Source: Octopus vulgaris
Lineage: Eukaryota
Length of the DNA: 64,000 nt
Reading direction: 5' to 3'
Assembly: GCA_951406725.2 (NCBI GenBank)
Contig: OX597814.1
Span: 109,926,001-109,990,000 of the forward strand
Shown here piece after piece: positions 1 to 12,599 of the stretch (its first letter is position 1; every line of letters starts with the position of its first letter). Under the pieces are notes generated by a model. That model did no database searches, had not been told where the DNA came from, and saw only the letters and a program-made list of their open reading frames with translations. The position numbers and the translations under genes are program-made.

Positions 1-647
1 TCTCGTCACCAGTCACTATTCGCTCCAAAAAGGTTCATTCATGAGACATGACATCAAAGAAGAGCACACATTCACTCTCTGCACACGGTTAGACTCAGAA
101 AGTTTGTGAGGAACCCATTGACCCAATTTGTTGACTTTTCTGATGGTATGCAGGTGTCGATAAATGGTTGAATGATCAAATCCAAGCTTCTCTGCTAGTT
201 CGTTAACACTTTTGATGGAATTTTGTTCCACCAGAGTTTCCAGGACATCCTCATTGAGCTCTACAGATCTTCCAGGATGAGGCTCGTATTCTAGGCTGTA
301 GTTTCCAGCTTGGAATTTCTGGAATCACCCTTCACACTGGCTTATGCTTATCGTTTCATCCCCATATACTGCACTAATATTCCTTGCACTTTCTTTTGCA
401 TTGTTGCCTTTATTGAACTCATAAAGCAAAATATGCCAAATATGCTCTTTTGTCACTTCTATTATATCTTTGAAAAAATGACTGTTAAAATCAAACTGCA
501 CTCTTCAGAACTTGCACTAAGAATAAGTACAAAGTAAAATTACTACCTGCTTTTATAGTAAGGTGATGCAGATAGTTTATCCTGTCCCCCTCCAACTTTT
601 AGTTCATGCAATTGAAAAAAAAACACATTATTTATGGGATGACCCAA
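1..647 (-). mobile_element. Mariner (DD34D family) transposon, 5' part, degenerate; runs off the window start
   Basis: ORF 16..231(-) carries mariner N-terminal motifs (ELAEKLGFDHSTIYRHL...WVPHKL). A TIR (catt-atttatgggatgacccaa, ending 647) followed by TA matches the TIR of the 18126-18734 element. Confidence 0.85.
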
Positions 648-1083
648 TATTTACAAATTGATGCAGATATGGAAGGCTAGCTCTTCAGATCATAGGAGAA
701 CATCATACTTACACCAATGCTTTAACTCTGCATATATACACAAAATTTTTCTTTATATATGTAATGTATCGAAGACCAATACTTGATAGAATTAGATTGG
801 TATGGTCATTGAAGAATAAATATATTCACCTCTCATACTTCCTAACTTTTTATGGTTTATATATATATATGAAAATAAAAAGGAATTAATGTGTATGTGG
901 TAGCTCTAAAGAAGATAAAGAAGCTGGTTGGTTCTATACTTTTTCAATTGATCAACAATGGATCGATTGACAAATGTGATTATTACACTGGGGAATTATA
1001 CCTTTCCAAATTTTATTGGAAACATATGTAAGCTAACTGGCATAAATGCATGAAAATCCATTATCTGTATGCATATTACACAC

Positions 1084-1143
1084 ATTAAGAAAAAGGAGGC
1101 AGTCAGAATTTTGGATAATTCTGACTGCCTCTTTTTTCTTAAT
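1084..1143. repeat. 27-bp-stem inverted repeat (hairpin)
   Basis: attaagaaaaaggaggcagtcagaatt - ttggat - aattctgactgcctcttttttcttaat, with one G-T wobble. Confidence 0.85.
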
Positions 1144-1387
1144 ATACAATATCTGTACACCACTTCAGACACTCCATACATACATACATAAAGACAGACA
1201 GACATACAGACATACCTACAGACAGACAGACAGACAAGAAAATATATTAAACCACGGTTTACTATTTAAATTACCAACTACAGTTAACTTTATAGCAAGG
1301 CCTATACATAGTGAGGTAATACACCAGTAGGGCCTACGGATACATTTATCCCTTAGACAGTTGCATAACCACTGACTCATGATTTTG

Positions 1388-1419
<32 letters not shown>

Positions 1420-1502
1420 ATAATAATAATAAGGAATATGATTCTAAACTTACAAGGAAAAATTCAATTTAGTAATACTAAATCAAATTTCATAATATAT
1501 AA

Positions 1503-1790
1503 TACATGTATATAAATTAGAGAACCACCATATATTACAATTCAACAATGATATACTTAAATCATACCATACAGACAAAAATTAAAGATACGAAACATGT
1601 GTAGTCTATTTACTAATCATATACTATTTATTTATTATTTCGTACTTTATTTAGTTCTAGGTAAATGTTTTATTGTATCTTTAATTTTTTTCTATATGGT
1701 ATAATTTAAGTATATCATTGTTGAATTGCTACATGGTGGTTCTTCTCTAATTTATATACATGTTCTTCTCTAATTTATATACATGTATAT
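1503..1790. repeat. Fold-back inverted repeat (~90-bp arms) embedded in (TA)n
   Basis: ~1503-1590 (agaaccaccat...caattcaacaatgatatacttaaat...aaattaaagatac) is the reverse complement of ~1676-1790. Confidence 0.7.
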
Positions 1791-1835
1791 ATATATATAT
1801 ATAATATAATATAAATGGACATGGGCAATCATTGT

Positions 1836-2200
1836 ATTCTTTCTTGTCTTGAGGTTCAGAGCCAAACGGCTGGGTGGATTCACGTGAAAAATGGCACACA
1901 TGTGGAGATGGGTGTATAGATTGGAATGCAGTTTGTAACCCCCATACTTACCGAGAAAATCGATTAAGACATTTTCTAATGGAATTCCCCTCTTTCTTCT
2001 GCCATTAAAACAACCAGTTGCTTAGAAGCTGTTTTCTGATGGGGTGGGGCCAGGAAATTTTCATACAGCTGGAGGATCCAATCAAAACAGGGGACCCGAG
2101 ATGATACGGTTGAGAAATGCTGTTATAGATTATGCCTAACCGAAAACGATCACAGCCACATCATCCAAACAGACCAGGTGAAACCGGGCTTAGCTGCTAG
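1836..2200 (+). mobile_element. Non-autonomous Helitron-like element (putative)
   Basis: The 3' end has a short GC hairpin (ccaggtgaaaccggg) followed ~10 nt later by CTAG|T at 2197-2201, the Helitron 3' signature. The 5' boundary is uncertain. Confidence 0.4.
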
Positions 2201-2831
2201 TATATATATATTTATATATATATGTATGTATCTATATGTATGTATGTATGTATGTATGTTACTGACTTTTAATTGTGTCAAGAGTGGAAAGGACAAGAGA
2301 ATGTTTATGTTCGTTTGCAGGCCCCCACTTCACCAAAACAGAAACTAGTAAAAGCATGATGTTTCCTGCCAGGCCATGCGTGTTCGTCAGTGGTGGTTAT
2401 GATTCATGCTTTTTACTGATTTGTATGTTTATTTATTTATTTATTTGTATGACAATAACGTTGTATAGAACTGAGATGGAAACCAAGGAATTAAGAATTA
2501 TACTGATGCAGATGTTGAAGTAAACTCATTTTGGTAGTCAAGGAATGTGGCTGTCTTCCTAATTATAACTTGTACAACTGGAATGGTTATAAAAATATTT
2601 CTGCAAAAGAAATCAAGAAACGTTGGGATTTGAAAATATTGTTAAAGTATAATCTTTCCGTTGCATTTGTAAGACGACATTCAAGGTTAACATTTTTGTT
2701 AACCTTCCGCCTCTTTCTTGACCTTCTCTCTGTTGTACCCTCTGTACTCTACCTTTGTACTCTGTCTCTGTAATGTATCCTCTTCAAGGTTGTACATAAT
2801 TATGATGTCAAGAAGGAGAAATATTTCTCAT

Positions 2832-2836
<5 letters not shown>

Positions 2837-2902
<66 letters not shown>
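2837..2902. repeat. (TAA)n microsatellite (other arrays at ~3754-3803, 5928-5986, 7245-7300, 9882-9940, 12295-12357)
   Basis: Read directly from the sequence. Confidence 0.95.
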
Positions 2903-2905
<3 letters not shown>

Positions 2906-2924
2906 TAATTGTAATGATAATAAT

Positions 2925-3325
2925 TTTTGTATTATTGGCACAAGGCCTGAAATTTTGGGAGAGGATCTGGGCCAATTGCATCGACCTCAGTGCCCAACCG
3001 ATCCTTATTTTATTGACCCCAAAAGGATGAAAAACAAAGTTGACCATGACAGTACTGGAGCTCAGAATGCTATAATGATAATAATAATAATAATGATAAG
3101 ATTAATAATAATAATGATTTCAAATTTTTGCCACAAGGGCAGCTTGTGGGAGGGGATTAAGTCGATTACATTGACCCCAATGTTTCACTGGCACTTAATT
3201 TATTGACCCTGAAAGATGAAAGAAAAGCTGACCATGGCAAATTTTGAACTCAGAATGTAATGGCGAGTGAAATACCGCTAAGCATTCCGTCCAGCATGCT
3301 AACGATTCTGCCAGCTTGCCGCCTT
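2925..3325 (-). mobile_element. Two degenerate copies of tRNA-derived SINE family A
   Basis: Reverse-complement matches to the head (ggcggcaagctggcagaatcgttagc...gagttcaaa) and the central gactttgcctttcatcctttcggggtcgat domain seen in better copies. Confidence 0.7.
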
Positions 3326-3338
3326 AATAATAATAATA

Positions 3339-3752
3339 TCTTGAGAAGTATATGGAACAAATAGGGGCTGCAATACTGCAATACGGGCAGAGCACTTGCA
3401 GAAAACAGCACTGCTTGGAACTGCTAGAATACTCCAGAAGGTGTTCGAAAAATAAGGGGTGTTACCTTAGTTCACTGGTAGTGAACAGCTAACACCATAG
3501 TACATCTCCTGCGTTAGAAGCTGTGCAAAGGCAATGATGATAATGATGATGATGATAATAATAATAATGATGATGATGGTGATGATAATGATAATAATGA
3601 TAATAAAGTTTAGTGGTTGTGGTTGATGAAAAAGGTAGCAGTAGTACCAATAATTGTCTGAGCCCTGGGAACAGTGAGTAAAATTCTCGAGAAGAATGTG
3701 GAACAAATAGGGGCTGCAATAAGGGTGGAAAACAGCACTGCTTGGAACTGGA

Positions 3753-3804
<52 letters not shown>

Positions 3805-3960
3805 TGCACTGCATCTGTAATTGAATTGATGAAACCATTGCTCATGTCACAAATGAATGCCCTAGACTTGCCCAAATCCACTACAAGTTTTGACAACATG
3901 ATGAGGTAGCGAAAGTGTGACATTGGAAACTGTGCAAAAAGTGGGGTCTAGAGAACCGGA
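3339..3960 (+). mobile_element. Cluster of short R4/Dong-type LINE fragments separated by (TAA)n/(TGA)n
   Basis: C-terminal LQKTALLGTARIL-like coding at 3395-3450 with a 3' UTR repeated at ~7145-7225; VVPIIV.ALG at ~3640; CCHC/RHD region at ~3805-3940. Confidence 0.65.
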
Positions 3961-4023
3961 ACAAACACTACAAAGCATTTCTTTTCAACACTTAAACAAT
4001 TCTGCTAATCAAATACTGAGTAG

Positions 4024-4032
4024 TGGTGGTGG

Positions 4033-4073
<41 letters not shown>

Positions 4074-4375
4074 GTGATGGTGATGACGATGATCATAATG
4101 ATACACACACACAAGCACATACACATATATACATGCACACAAACACACATACACACACATAAACATGCACACAAACACATATACACACATAAACATGCAC
4201 ACAAATATACACTCACAAACACACACACACATACACAGAATGCATACACACACACAAACACATACACACATACACACATACATATGCACAGAAACACATA
4301 CACACACATACACATACACACAAACATGCACTCACACAAACACACACCAACACATACACATACATATGCACACAA

Positions 4376-4412
<37 letters not shown>
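4024..4412. repeat. (GAT)n followed by degenerate (CA)n low-complexity tract
   Basis: Read directly. It explains the spurious poly-H/T/V/C ORFs in this region. Confidence 0.9.
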
Positions 4413-4414
<2 letters not shown>

Positions 4415-4857
4415 AGAGTTTCATTTTTGCAGCCTGCTCAGACGATTTCTTTCTCAACACTTTCATTAATTCAATGTTTAGTATAAGAAACATGAAGAAT
4501 CTTTCATCACCATCGTCATTTAACATCCATTTTCCATACTGGTATGTGCTGGATAGTTCAACTGGAGTTGGCAAGGCTGGAGAGCTGCATCAGGCTCCAA
4601 GTGTCTGCTTTGGCATGGTTTCTATGGCTGATGACCTCCCTAATGCCAACCACTCCTTGGATTGGACTGGGTGCATTTTACATGGCACCAACACAGGTAC
4701 TTTTCATGTGGTACCAGTACAAGTGCTTTTTACCTGGCATCAACACCAACATGGCCATCATACTTCTTCACTTTCATAATACTTCAGTGATTCTTCACCA
4801 AATAGCATCGAAGAAGCTAATTTCTTTACAACAACCATGATTAGCACACATAGGGTA

Positions 4858-5345
4858 CATCATCATCATCGTTTAACGTCCATTTTCCATACTGGCATGG
4901 GTTGGATGGTCTGACTGGTAACTGGCAAGCCAGGAGGCCACATCAGGCTCCAATCCGATCTGGTAATGTTTCTACAGTTGGATGCCCTTCCTGATGCCAA
5001 CCACTCCGAGAGTGTAGTGGGTGCTTTTACATGCTAACAGCACGAGGTCCAGTCAGGCAGCACTGGCAATGACCATGCTTGAATGGTGCTTTTTAAATGC
5101 CACCAGCACGGGACCAATCAGGCAGCATTGACATAGTGCTTTTTACATGCCACCAGCATGAGAGTCAGCCAGGTAAGCACTGGCAACGACCACACTCAAA
5201 TGGTGCTTTTTATATGTGACTGGTACAGGAGCCAGTCAGGTGGTATTGGCAACGACCTCACTCGAATGGTGCTTTTTATGTGCCACCAGCACGGAACCAG
5301 TCAACCAGCACTGGCATTTACCACGCTTGAATTGTGCTTTTTATG
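4858..5345 (-). mobile_element. 5'-truncated RTE LINE 3' end with ~60-bp repeat units and (GAT)n tail (another copy at ~4505-4760)
   Basis: Reverse complement of the 29.2-30.2 kb 3' UTR (ctacagttggatgcccttcctgatgccaaccactcc; repeated atggtgctttt units). Confidence 0.85.
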
Positions 5346-5928
5346 TTCTATCAAAGAAGCTAATTTCTTTACAACAACCATGATTATTACCCATAGAGTA
5401 CAGTTAAAATATTTATTGCTCTTTAGTATAAAAATTTTAGCATTCTATTTTAAGCATCCAATCGTCTTTCACTCGTTGACATGCAGTATTTTCTCTTTGA
5501 CTTCTTCTTGTTTCTGTATTTATTTACAATGCCAATAGTTCATCAATATATGCATAGAAATACACCACAGTTCCAGTGACAACACATCAAGATCTCTGCA
5601 ATTTTTGCTTCTGCGTCACTACATATCCTCTATGGTATGTCTCCAAGGTACTTCCTTGCCAAACGTGTGTGATAATTCCTCAAAGTGAGAAATTCAGAAT
5701 TTCTTTGATGCTGATTTTTTTTTTTTTGTCATTTCTTTTCTTGTTTTCCTTCTCTATTTCTTTCTAACTTTCAGCACTCCAGAAATAATATTAATCATGC
5801 TTTTTCTATTTCATACGAATAATTGTACACCATTGTTAATGAAATAAGACTGCTAGAAGGCATAGACTAAAAATTTCTGACTTGAAAAAACAACAATCAT
5901 CATCATCATCATAATGAAGATGATGATG

Positions 5929-5985
<57 letters not shown>

Positions 5986-5988
<3 letters not shown>

Positions 5989-6541
5989 CCCTGATGCAGT
6001 ACCAGGCAGTGGCTCTCATGGCTTCTGATCTTAACTGATTGGAAGTGTTATCATGTACATTGTTTTGTCTTGGTATAAAAGATGGGCTACAGCAAATATT
6101 CTGCTCAATACCACAGATTTGCTTGTCAGTTGTTTGACCGTAACCAGTTGAGCATGTCCCTTAGTGGCTGACGATATGTGCATCTCTGATCACGAGCAGA
6201 AGTAGTGGGGGAGCATCATAGCCATGTGTTGAGAGGGATTCTTTGGGGTTTGAATAGTTCACCTCTGGAAACATGGGTGGTTCTTTCAACATCCTTAAAC
6301 AACCCTTATTCAGGGACCGTTTGAGCGGGATCGGCTACTCAACCTGAAGAAAATTCTAACTGGGACCCACCTGCAAGGTCATGTGCTGTTTATCTTGATA
6401 TGAGATCACCATGTCGCGCACATATGGTTGTGATGCATGTGCCTGGTGTACCTTTATCAGACGGGTAGTCATGATGGGTATATTGGGCTTCATATATTTT
6501 ACCCCAGTGTCACTTTGATGACATGAACTGCTCTCTCACTC
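5986..6541. mobile_element. Non-coding ~550-bp interspersed repeat flanked by (TAA)n; second copy at 7300-7758
   Basis: Two highly similar copies, each bounded by (TAA)n on both sides, with no ORF. Confidence 0.75.
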
Positions 6542-6574
6542 AATAATAATAATGATAATGATGATAATAATAAA

Positions 6575-7125
6575 ATAATAATGAAATTATTGTATACAGT
6601 GCTCAGGTGCACCACAACTTGTCAAAAGTGCATATAAAGCTTATGCAGTAATGTACAAATGTCTGGAAAGCAAACAATGTATGAATCAGATACAAGCTTG
6701 TGTGTGTATGGAGGGGAGAAAATAAGGTGTATGCTTAGGAAGCATGGAAGTTTTGAAGGATGCAGTGCTCCAACAACTAACAACTGATGCCGGCATTTTG
6801 TTCCATGCTTCAGCAACTCTTAGCGTGAAAAAATGTTTCTGAAAGTCATGGGAGCTGTGCTGTTTTCTGACTTTGTAAACATGTCCACAGGTGTTAGACA
6901 GATGGAGTTTGAAAAAGTGCTCAGAGTTATTGTTAGTAAGATGGTTAATAATTTTTGGGGTGTCTGCTGCCACATGTTGGAGTTTCAATGTATATATGCC
7001 CATGGAAGTAAGGCATTCAGAATATGGCAAATGCCTGATGGAGGGTATTCTAATGGTTGCATGTTGCTGAACAGTTTCCAGACGATTAATATCATGGGCA
7101 AGATAGGGGTTCCAGACTGGTGATG
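6575..7125 (-). mobile_element. CR1/L2-type LINE 3' fragment, degenerate
   Basis: ORF 6686..7030(-) PYSECLTSMGI.TLKL...NTCGHVYK...KHFFTLRVAEAWNKMP..VV...SFK is typical of a CR1-group ORF2 C-terminus. Confidence 0.75.
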
Positions 7126-7244
7126 CAAATTATAATTAATAATTAGGGGTGTTCCCTTAGTTCACTAGTAGTGATCAGCTGACACTGTAGTACATCTCCA
7201 GTGTTAGAAGCTGTGCAAAGGCAATGATAATGATGATGATGATG

Positions 7245-7293
<49 letters not shown>

Positions 7294-7299
7294 TAATAA

Positions 7300-7758
7300 T
7301 TAACTGATTGAAAGTGTTATCATGTACATTGTTTTGTCTTGGTATAAAACATGGGCTACAGCAAATATTCTGCTCAATATGACAGATTTGCTTGTCAGTT
7401 GTTTGACCTTAACCAGTTGACCATGTTCCTTAGTGGCTGACAATATGTGCATATCTGATCACGAGCAGAAGTAGTGGGGGAGCATCATAGCTGTGTGTTG
7501 AAAGGAATTCTTGGAGGTTTGGATAATTCACTACTAAAAAAGTAGACTGAGCGGGATGGGCTACTCGACCAGAAGAAAATTCTAACTGGGCCCCACCTGC
7601 AAGGTCATGCAGTGTTTATCTTGATATGAGATCACATGCACATATGGTTGTGATGCATTTGCCTGATGTAACCTTATCTGACGGGTAGTCATGTTGGGTA
7701 TACTGGGCTTTGTATATTTTACCCTATTGTTACTTTGATGGCATGCACTGCTCTCTCA
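7300..7758. mobile_element. Second copy of the (TAA)n-flanked non-coding repeat
   Basis: Aligns to 6031-6541 with an internal deletion. Confidence 0.75.
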
Positions 7759-8272
7759 TAATAATAATAATAATAATAATAATAATGGTTTCAAATTTTT
7801 GCATAAGGTCAGCAATTTCTGGGATGGAGTAAGTAAATTACATCGACCCCGGTGTTTAACTGGTACTTATTTTATCGACTTTGAGAAAATGAAAAGCAAA
7901 GTGGTTCTTGGTGGAATTTGAACTCAGAATATAACGACAAACAAAATGTTGCTAAGCACTTTACCTGGTGTACTAACAATACTGCTGACAATAACTGTTT
8001 CATATTTTGACATAAGGCCAGCAAGGTTAGAGTCAATCACATCAACCCTAGCATTTGACTGGTACTTTTATTTTATCAACCCTGGAAGGGTGAAAGGCAC
8101 AGTCAGCCTCAGTGGAATTTGAACTCAAAACATAACGAGTCAGAAGAAATGCTGTTAAGCATTTTGTCAGATATGCTAACAATTCTGCCAGCTTGCTGCC
8201 ATAATAATAATAATAGTAATAATAATAATAATAATGATAATAATAATTATAATTATAATAATAATCATAATA

Positions 8273-8495
8273 AAGAGAAGGCGATGAGCTGGCAGAATTG
8301 TTAGCACACCAGGTGAAATTCTTAGCGGTATTTCATCTGTCTTTACGTTCTGAGTTCAAATTCTGCTGAGGTCAACTTTGCCTGTCATCCTTTCAGGATC
8401 AATACATTAAGTGCCAGTTGCATACTGGGGTCGATCTAATCAACTGGCTCTATCCCCCAAAATTTTGGGCCTTGTGCCTAGAGTAGGAAAGATTA
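8273..8495 (+). mobile_element. tRNA-derived SINE family A
   Basis: Pol III A box (agctggcagaattgttagc), B box (gagttcaaattc) and the conserved central domain. Confidence 0.8.
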
Positions 8496-8614
8496 TATAT
8501 TTGTTTGACCACATGTATATATATTTATACATACGTATGTATGTATATATTTATGAATATATAGAAAAAAAAGTCAAGATAGAAAATACTAAAATAATTT
8601 TATAAAAAACATTT

Positions 8615-8650
8615 CAGTACCAGTTTCAGTCATTGAGACTTTTTCAACTG
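8615..8650 (-). ncRNA. Minimal type I hammerhead ribozyme motif, U3-A8 variant
   Basis: CAG-TTGAAAA-AGTC-tcaat-GACT-GAAA-CTGG-TA-CTG. Stems I and II pair, and the cleavage triplet is GUA. Confidence 0.55.
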
Positions 8651-8856
8651 TAAACATGGAAAACAATTAAATTTCGGAAAAATTAAAAGAAAAATTTTTC
8701 GAAAAGAATATTTGCATACATTATGAATGTATATATGCTTTATGTATTCTTTTAGTCTTTTACTTGTTTCAGTCATTTAATTGACTGCGCCCCCACCCCA
8801 CTCCCTGCCAAAAATTTCAGGCCTTGTGCCTAGAATAGAAAAGAATAATGATAATA

Positions 8857-9879
8857 AAGAGAGCAAATGGAGGAAAGGGACTGATAAGTATGGAAGGCTG
8901 TGTGCATATCGAACTTGAGAGCTTAATGAGATACCTTAGTCAAAGTAAGGAAACCTTGCTAGTGAGTCAGGAACAAGGGGGTATTGGGAGCAGAGAAAAA
9001 AAGGGAAAGCAAAGAAAGAAGTACAAAAAGGACATGAAGAAGAATTACGCAACAAGGGACCATACAATCAATTTCATGTAGCCACAACAGAAGTTGCTGG
9101 AAAAATAGGTGGGACTAGTTGATGAAAGGAACCCTAAAAAAGTAGACTGAGAGCAATATACTGGTGGCGCAAGACCAAGTTTTGGCCACCAACTGGAGGG
9201 TCAGCCTTAGAAATGAGCAAGTGTCTCTTTTGTGTTGCATCTGAAACCATTGCTTATATCATGAACTAATGCCCTCAACTTGCCCCAAACTACTACAAGT
9301 TATGGTGGCACTATCAGGTAGCGCAAGTGCTACATTCAAAACTGTGCAAAAAGATGGTAATATAGAGAGAGGCAAGATATGGTATGAGCACAAACCACAG
9401 AGAGTGGTGGTGTCAGAGACTAGCAAAATCCTCTGGGATTTCCCAATCCAAACAGATCAGGTGCTAGAGCATAACAGACCAGACTTTGTGGTGGTAGACA
9501 AGGTGCACCACATGTGCCATATAGATGACATTGCATGCCCCTTTGACCCACAAATAGGCAAGAAGAAAAGTGAAAAAAATAGATAAATACAACCCTCTTA
9601 AGTATGAAATATCCCGGCTATGGAAAATGAAGAAGGTGAAGATAGTGCCAATTATTGTTGGGTCCTTGGGAACAGTATCAGAAGGCATCAAGAGGAATAT
9701 AAAGGAAATTGGAATAGAGTGCCCAGTAGAACTGTTACAAAAGGTTTGCCTCTTTGGCACAGCCAGGATAATCAGGAAAGTATCAGATAGCTGAAAAGAA
9801 TGAATACCATGGTACCGTAGGCTGCAGGTAGTAAGCCCACTACGCATGCAAGACTCCAGGAGCTCCAACAAAACCAGTG

Positions 9880-9880
<1 letters not shown>
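8857..9880 (+). mobile_element. Degenerate 5'-truncated R4/Dong-type LINE (RLE domain plus 3' UTR)
   Basis: GGKGLIS, ILWDFPIQTD..LEHNRPD, KYNPLKYEI.RLW..IVPIIVGSLG, LQKVCLFGTARIIRKV; ends at (TAA)n. Confidence 0.85.
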
Positions 9881-9941
<61 letters not shown>

Positions 9942-12291
9942 GATAATAAGATCCCCAACTTCTGGTTGAAATATCTAACAGGAATGCACAAAAAGCTGGC
10001 TGAAAACTTTAACAACGTACTAGCAGAGCCAGAGACAATGCCTGAATGGCTCACAAAGGGGAAAACCATCTTAATTCCCAAATCAAATGAAACAGAAAAA
10101 CCAGAAAACTACAGACCAATAACCTGCCTCCCTACTATGTTCAAGGCATTTACTGCAGTGATATCACAAAGGCTGAACAAGCACCTGGATGAAAACAAAC
10201 TGTTCCCAGAAGAGCAGAAAGGATGCCGCAAAGGCTCATATGGCTGTAAAGATCAACTAATGATTAATAAAGCCATAACTGAAGACAGCCACAGAAAGAA
10301 GAAAGGCCTCAGTATGGCCTGGATTGACTACAAAAAGGCGTTTGATAGCATCCCCCACACATGGATCCTCGAAACACTATCCATTAACAAAGTAGCACCA
10401 ACAATCATAAAATTCATAGAGGACTCTATGAATAAATGGCAAACAGTCCTACACCTCCAAACAAAAGAGGGACTCATGAAAACCAAAGACATCCCCATTA
10501 GAAGAGGAATATTCCAGGGAGACACGCTCTCTCCACTCCTTTTCTGCTTGGCACTGTCACCTCTATCTGATATGCTAAATAGAACTGGATGCGGATATAA
10601 ATGTTACGGCAAAACGATCAGCCACCTTTTATATATGGATGACCTAAAACTATACGCTGCAAATGACAAACAGCTGGAAACACTATTAAAGACAGTTCAT
10701 GGATTTACCAAAGAAATAGATATGAAATTTGGATTAGAAAAATGCGCCAAAGTAACCATGAAAAGAGGAAAACTAGTTAAGAGTAACAACATCACACTAG
10801 ATAAAACCAATGAAATAAAAGAATTAGACCAAAGCCAAACTTACAAATACTTAGGAATCCATGAACTAGATAAGACACAACACACACAAATGAAAGAGAA
10901 AATAAAAAAAGAATATTATAGACGAGTTAGATCAATACTAAACACAGAGCTCAATGCTAAAAACAAGATAATAGGTATCAACACTTTAGCTGTCCCAGTT
11001 ATAAGTTACAGCTACAATATCCTTAACTGGACACGAAATGAACTGACTAAAATAGATAGGAAAACAAGAAAAATAATGACAGGATCTAGGATGCATCACC
11101 CAAAATCTGACATAGAAAGACTATATATACAACGTATAGAAGGTGGCAGAGGCCTTATACAGCTGGAAAACTACTATAAAATAACCATCATAGGACTGCA
11201 AAAATATCTACTTCAGAAGGAAGGAAAACTGATCCAGATAGTGGCAAAACACGAGCAAAACAAAAAACTGTTCTCAGTATTTAAGGAAGCTGACAAATAC
11301 AAACAAGAAATCATACCACCTAATAAACATGAAGAAGAAGAAGAAGAAGAAGATGAAAAAACAACAAAAGCTATAAAACAAATGAAATCCAAACTAAAAA
11401 TAGAACAGCAACGAACCATGATAAAACGATGGCAAGAAAAGCCCCTTCATTGTAAATACTGGACTAAACTAAACGCAAAAGAAATAGACAAAGAAAAATC
11501 CCAGCAATGGTTGAGAAGCTCAGGACTCAAAGCAGAAACAGAGGGATTTTTAATTGCAGCACAAGACTAAAGCCTCCCCACCAGAAATTACCAAAAACAT
11601 GTAATGAAAAGAAATATTACAAGTAACTGCAGAATAGGTGGAGATGGACAAGAAACAATAAATCATATTATCTCTAGCTGCCCAGTCCTGGCTAAGAAGG
11701 AATATATTCACAGACATGACAGAGTTGGAACCTACATACATTGGAAGCTATGCCAACATTATGGAATAACAACAGAAAAAAGATGGTATAGGCACACACC
11801 AGAAAAGGTCACAGAAAACGAGAAAGCAACCATACTCTGGGATATGCCGATACACACAGATAGAGAAATTAAGGCCAACAGACCAGATATAGTTGTCAGA
11901 GATCATGAAGAAAAAAAATGCTTTCTAATTGATGTATCAATACCGGCTGATGACAACGTGTCTCTAAAAGAAATGGAGAAACTCTCAAAATACAAAGACC
12001 TGGAAATAGAGGTAACTAGAATGTGGAATCTGAAAACAGAAACAATTCCTATCATAGTAGGTGCATTAGGCATGATAAAAAAATATTCAGACAAATACAT
12101 AACAAAAACACCAGGACTTACAAACACATATAACATACAGAAAATTGCACTACTAGGCACTGCACACATCCTACGCAGAACACTTTCCATACAATAACCA
12201 TCAGAGCATCACAACAAATCACAGCACATACCCACGGCACACAGAGCTGCGCTCGATAGTGAAGTGAAAGCACGCTATAAAAATAAAACTA

Positions 12292-12294
<3 letters not shown>
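9942..12294 (+). mobile_element. R4/Dong-clade non-LTR retrotransposon, 5'-truncated, inserted in (TAA)n
   Basis: RT plus zinc knuckle plus PD-(D/E)xK RLE, a ~100-bp 3' UTR, and (TAA)n on both flanks. Confidence 0.93.
9966..12197 (+). pseudogene. Reverse transcriptase + restriction-like endonuclease polyprotein with one premature stop
   Basis: RT motifs NYRPITCL, WIDYKKAFDS, GIFQGDTLSP, YMDD, YKYLG. TAA at 11568-11570 (AAQD*SL) is followed by in-frame CRIG..ETINHIISSC, RHD, KANRPDIVV, DVSIP..EK..KY. Confidence 0.92.
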
Positions 12295-12340
<46 letters not shown>

Positions 12341-12599
12341 GTAATAGTAATAATAATGGTTTCAAATTTTGGCACAAAGCCAGCAATTCTTTTAGCAGAG
12401 TAGGGTCAGTTGATTATATCAACTTCAGTACTTAATTGGTACTTAATTTATTGGCCCTGAAAGGATGAACGGCAAAACTGACTCAGCAAAATTTGAAATC
12501 AGAAAATAATGAGCCAGAAATGTTGCACAATATTTTGTCTGGCATACTTATGATTTTATTGTTGCAGCAGCAGCAACAACAACTACTACAACAAGAAAA

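Noticed and set aside
2355-2395. CTGACGA...GAAAC on the minus strand
   Set aside because: Stems I and II do not pair convincingly.
2718-4779. Poly-N/I/H/T/VC ORFs
   Set aside because: Translations of (TAA)n, (GAT)n and (CA)n microsatellites.
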